In this document: positions 61,843-64,000 of the stretch, piece by piece
Numbering within the stretch: position 1 is the stretch's first letter
Layout of the letters: each line of letters begins with the position of its first letter
Position numbers and translations under genes: made by a program
The notes under the pieces: generated by a model
Seen by the model: only the letters and a program-made list of their open reading frames with translations
The model's database searches: none
Told to the model about the DNA's origin: nothing
NCBI GenBank assembly: GCA_026025075.1
Contig: JAPEUI010000011.1
Span: 62,001-126,000, forward strand
DNA: 64,000 bases
Source: Vezdaea acicularis
Lineage: Eukaryota
Reading direction: 5' to 3'

Positions 61843-64000
61843 TTAGATTCCAAAATTGACCGCCTGGAGGCCTTTTTCTGCCATGATTTCCACCCAATCC
61901 ACCATGTAGCTGTGTCCCGTGTTGATCAGACTGTCGCTCTGTCGTTCGTACACACTCTCCAGCAACTTTCGTATCATGCTCGTGTTCAGGCCCATGCTCT
62001 CTTCCTCTAGAGACCTCATGAGCTCCAAGGCAAGCATTTTCTCGTTATTATGATCTGACGCAAAGCCCGCCATGAATATGGGGAAAGCCATAAAGCGTAA
62101 TTGTGTGCGTTGGAAGTTGACGACAGATTGGGCGAGCTTTAGCGTTTCTCTCACACAAAACGCGATCTCTTCTATGGAATCGGGCCCAGTTCCCACCCTT
62201 TGAGCGGCGTACATGCTGGTATGGCTGAAAATGATTGTAGCTCGAAAGAGGGCACAAGCCTGGGTGGTCAGCGGGCGACATAAAAGGAGTCGGTGGTGAT
62301 GGCTCATACCTGCTCGAATACTCCTAGCGCTCGGGGCTGCAGATCAGAGGCGTTGTCCATCCCACGCATTAGGGCAATTGACGGCATTGAAGATGTCCAC
62401 GTATGTCTCAAGGCTCTGCGCAACTCGGCAATGCGATTATACCTCTCTATCATATCGATACCCCCAGCCGAGAGCATGTTATTTGTGGCGTAATCTTCAG
62501 CACGTAGTTCTCGCGCAAGATGGCCTATTTGGGAGGCTAGAACGAAGATTTGCTGATTGAAGCGAAGAACTGGGGGTAGTATCTCGCGCTCTTTTGGATT
62601 GAGGCTTTCGAGGAGACTGTCGACAGCCAAAGAAGACATTGGGAGGAAGTCATTGTCAAGTATTGTCTGAACAAATTGACCGTTCCCGCTAGAGCTCAAC
62701 AAGGCTGTCGTATCTATGATGCAGACAAACCAGAGGATAAAGGTATATGGCTCGTGTCCAAACCTCTGGCATCGCAATGAGATGATCGTCAGCAATTGAT
62801 TCAAATGTGGACTCCAAAGGTCATCTCCTGAATGGGTGGCTGCAGCAATCTAATTCGGTGGTTAGAGGCTTGCAGCTTTCATTGGAATTGGGGAATCAAT
62901 ACTTCGTAGAGGAGTAGGAACAGATTGGTGAACAGAGCCCCATCCGATGAGAGGTCACTCGTGCTTTTCAGGGTGGCGTTCAACGATGGAAGGGCCTGTT
63001 GGTAGTGTTGAAGAGCATCCACGTTCTGTGCTCCGTCTCGATGAGCAAGGCTTAATGCAGATAGTGCCATCATTGCATGATAGAGCTAATCCAGGTCAGC
63101 TCTAAGATACAGACAGTATGGAGGACCCGAGAGAACATACAGGAGGAAACTCATCCGCCTTTTGCTCGAACGAGTCCTCGATCCCTCCACTCCCATAAGG
63201 ACCCTGCTGAGAAAGGTGAACAATCTTGGGCGATATAAATTTTCGATAGTGGTCCAAAAGTCTCGCATCGTGCCCACCGCGCCTCGCTGCCTGTAGAGGC
63301 GACTGTGGAGATGTGATCCCAAGAGCTGTCGTAAGATCATCCGCTAACGCTACTGTAGCTGATCCAGGATTCTGTGGGGATATGACTTTGGTAGTCTTCG
63401 CCGTGGTGCTTGAGGGGATACGCCGGACACAATCCTCAAATTTACGCAGTATGATGACATTTGGATCGTCTATATCGGTTGTCTGTATCTTCAACGCTGG
63501 TATTCCCCTTTCGTTTTCGTCTTCAATGCCTGGAATTGGGAGACTTGGTCGTCTCGATGAAATGATAGACGGTTCCTCTGTGTATTCCGGGAGAGATTGG
63601 AAGCTCTCATGGTTCACCACGACGTGGTAAGTCCCTGGACTCTGGAGCTCCGCCTGTCTCTCTCGTTCCTCGTCAGTAGTCAGGGAATTGAAAGGTGGAA
63701 GCAAGTCTTCTGAAGATCGACGTCTCGTCCTTTCTTCCACCCGTTGCTGAGCTAAGATGTAACGAGTCAGTCAATGCTGGGTCTGCAGCGCATGGTCACG
63801 TACGGTCCCAGACGTTGCTCCCCTCGACCGAGACCTCTTGCATACGCTCAATGACTCTTGGGGTGTCATCACGGAAGATCAGTCGAGGACTGTAATCACA
63901 CATGTGCTGGAGCCTTGCACATTGCTATCAAGAGGTAAGCTAGGTGCCGAGAGAGAAGGGGAATATTGCGTCTCCGTCCAACCGTACATACGCTGCAGGT
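61843..64000 (-). CDS. Zn2Cys6 transcription factor with a Fungal_trans_2-type domain (5' end lies beyond the right window edge)
   Basis: TCS|QCARLQHMCDYSPRLIFRDDTPRV (second half of the binuclear cluster); motifs LLDHYRKFIS, LYHAMMALSALSL, ALQHYQQAL, LLYE|I and FPIFMAGF; ends VNFGI*. Confidence 0.88.

Noticed and set aside
1..64000. tRNA, rRNA, CRISPR arrays, transposons or RIP-type AT-rich relics
   Set aside because: I saw no cloverleaf/T-loop context, rRNA motif, repeat-spacer array, terminal repeats, transposase/RT motifs or extended AT-rich block by eye.

Overview
Eukaryotic nuclear DNA from a filamentous ascomycete (Pezizomycotina-type). It is gene-dense, with short GT-AG introns (mostly 50-70 nt) and CTRAC/CTRAT-type branch points. 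I can reconstruct 22 protein-coding genes, mostly conserved housekeeping genes: clathrin heavy chain (partial), a small GPI-anchored protein, ADE16/17, eIF2-gamma, INSIG, MAK11, EAF1, SPP2, a CAMK-group kinase, a PSH1-like RING ligase, an uncharacterised Fe(II)/2OG oxygenase, COX23, MDM20, ILM1, CDC43, two Zn2Cys6 transcription factors, a BAR-PH-ArfGAP, serine dehydratase, an M16 metalloprotease, ZW10 and a hemerythrin-domain protein. I saw no rRNA, tRNA, transposon, CRISPR array or biosynthetic cluster. The most interesting signals are non-coding: (1) an over-long COX23 intron that folds into a multi-stem RNA with a cUUCGg loop and hides cryptic splice sites; (2) a 242-nt M16-protease intron with several hairpins ending in an ACA box (candidate H/ACA snoRNA); (3) five GCCAAG PacC-type sites in 200 bp upstream of the hemerythrin gene; (4) a regularly spaced array of Crz1-type sites upstream of the GPI protein. 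Gene identities come from recognising motifs by eye and RNA folds were paired by hand; no searches were run.
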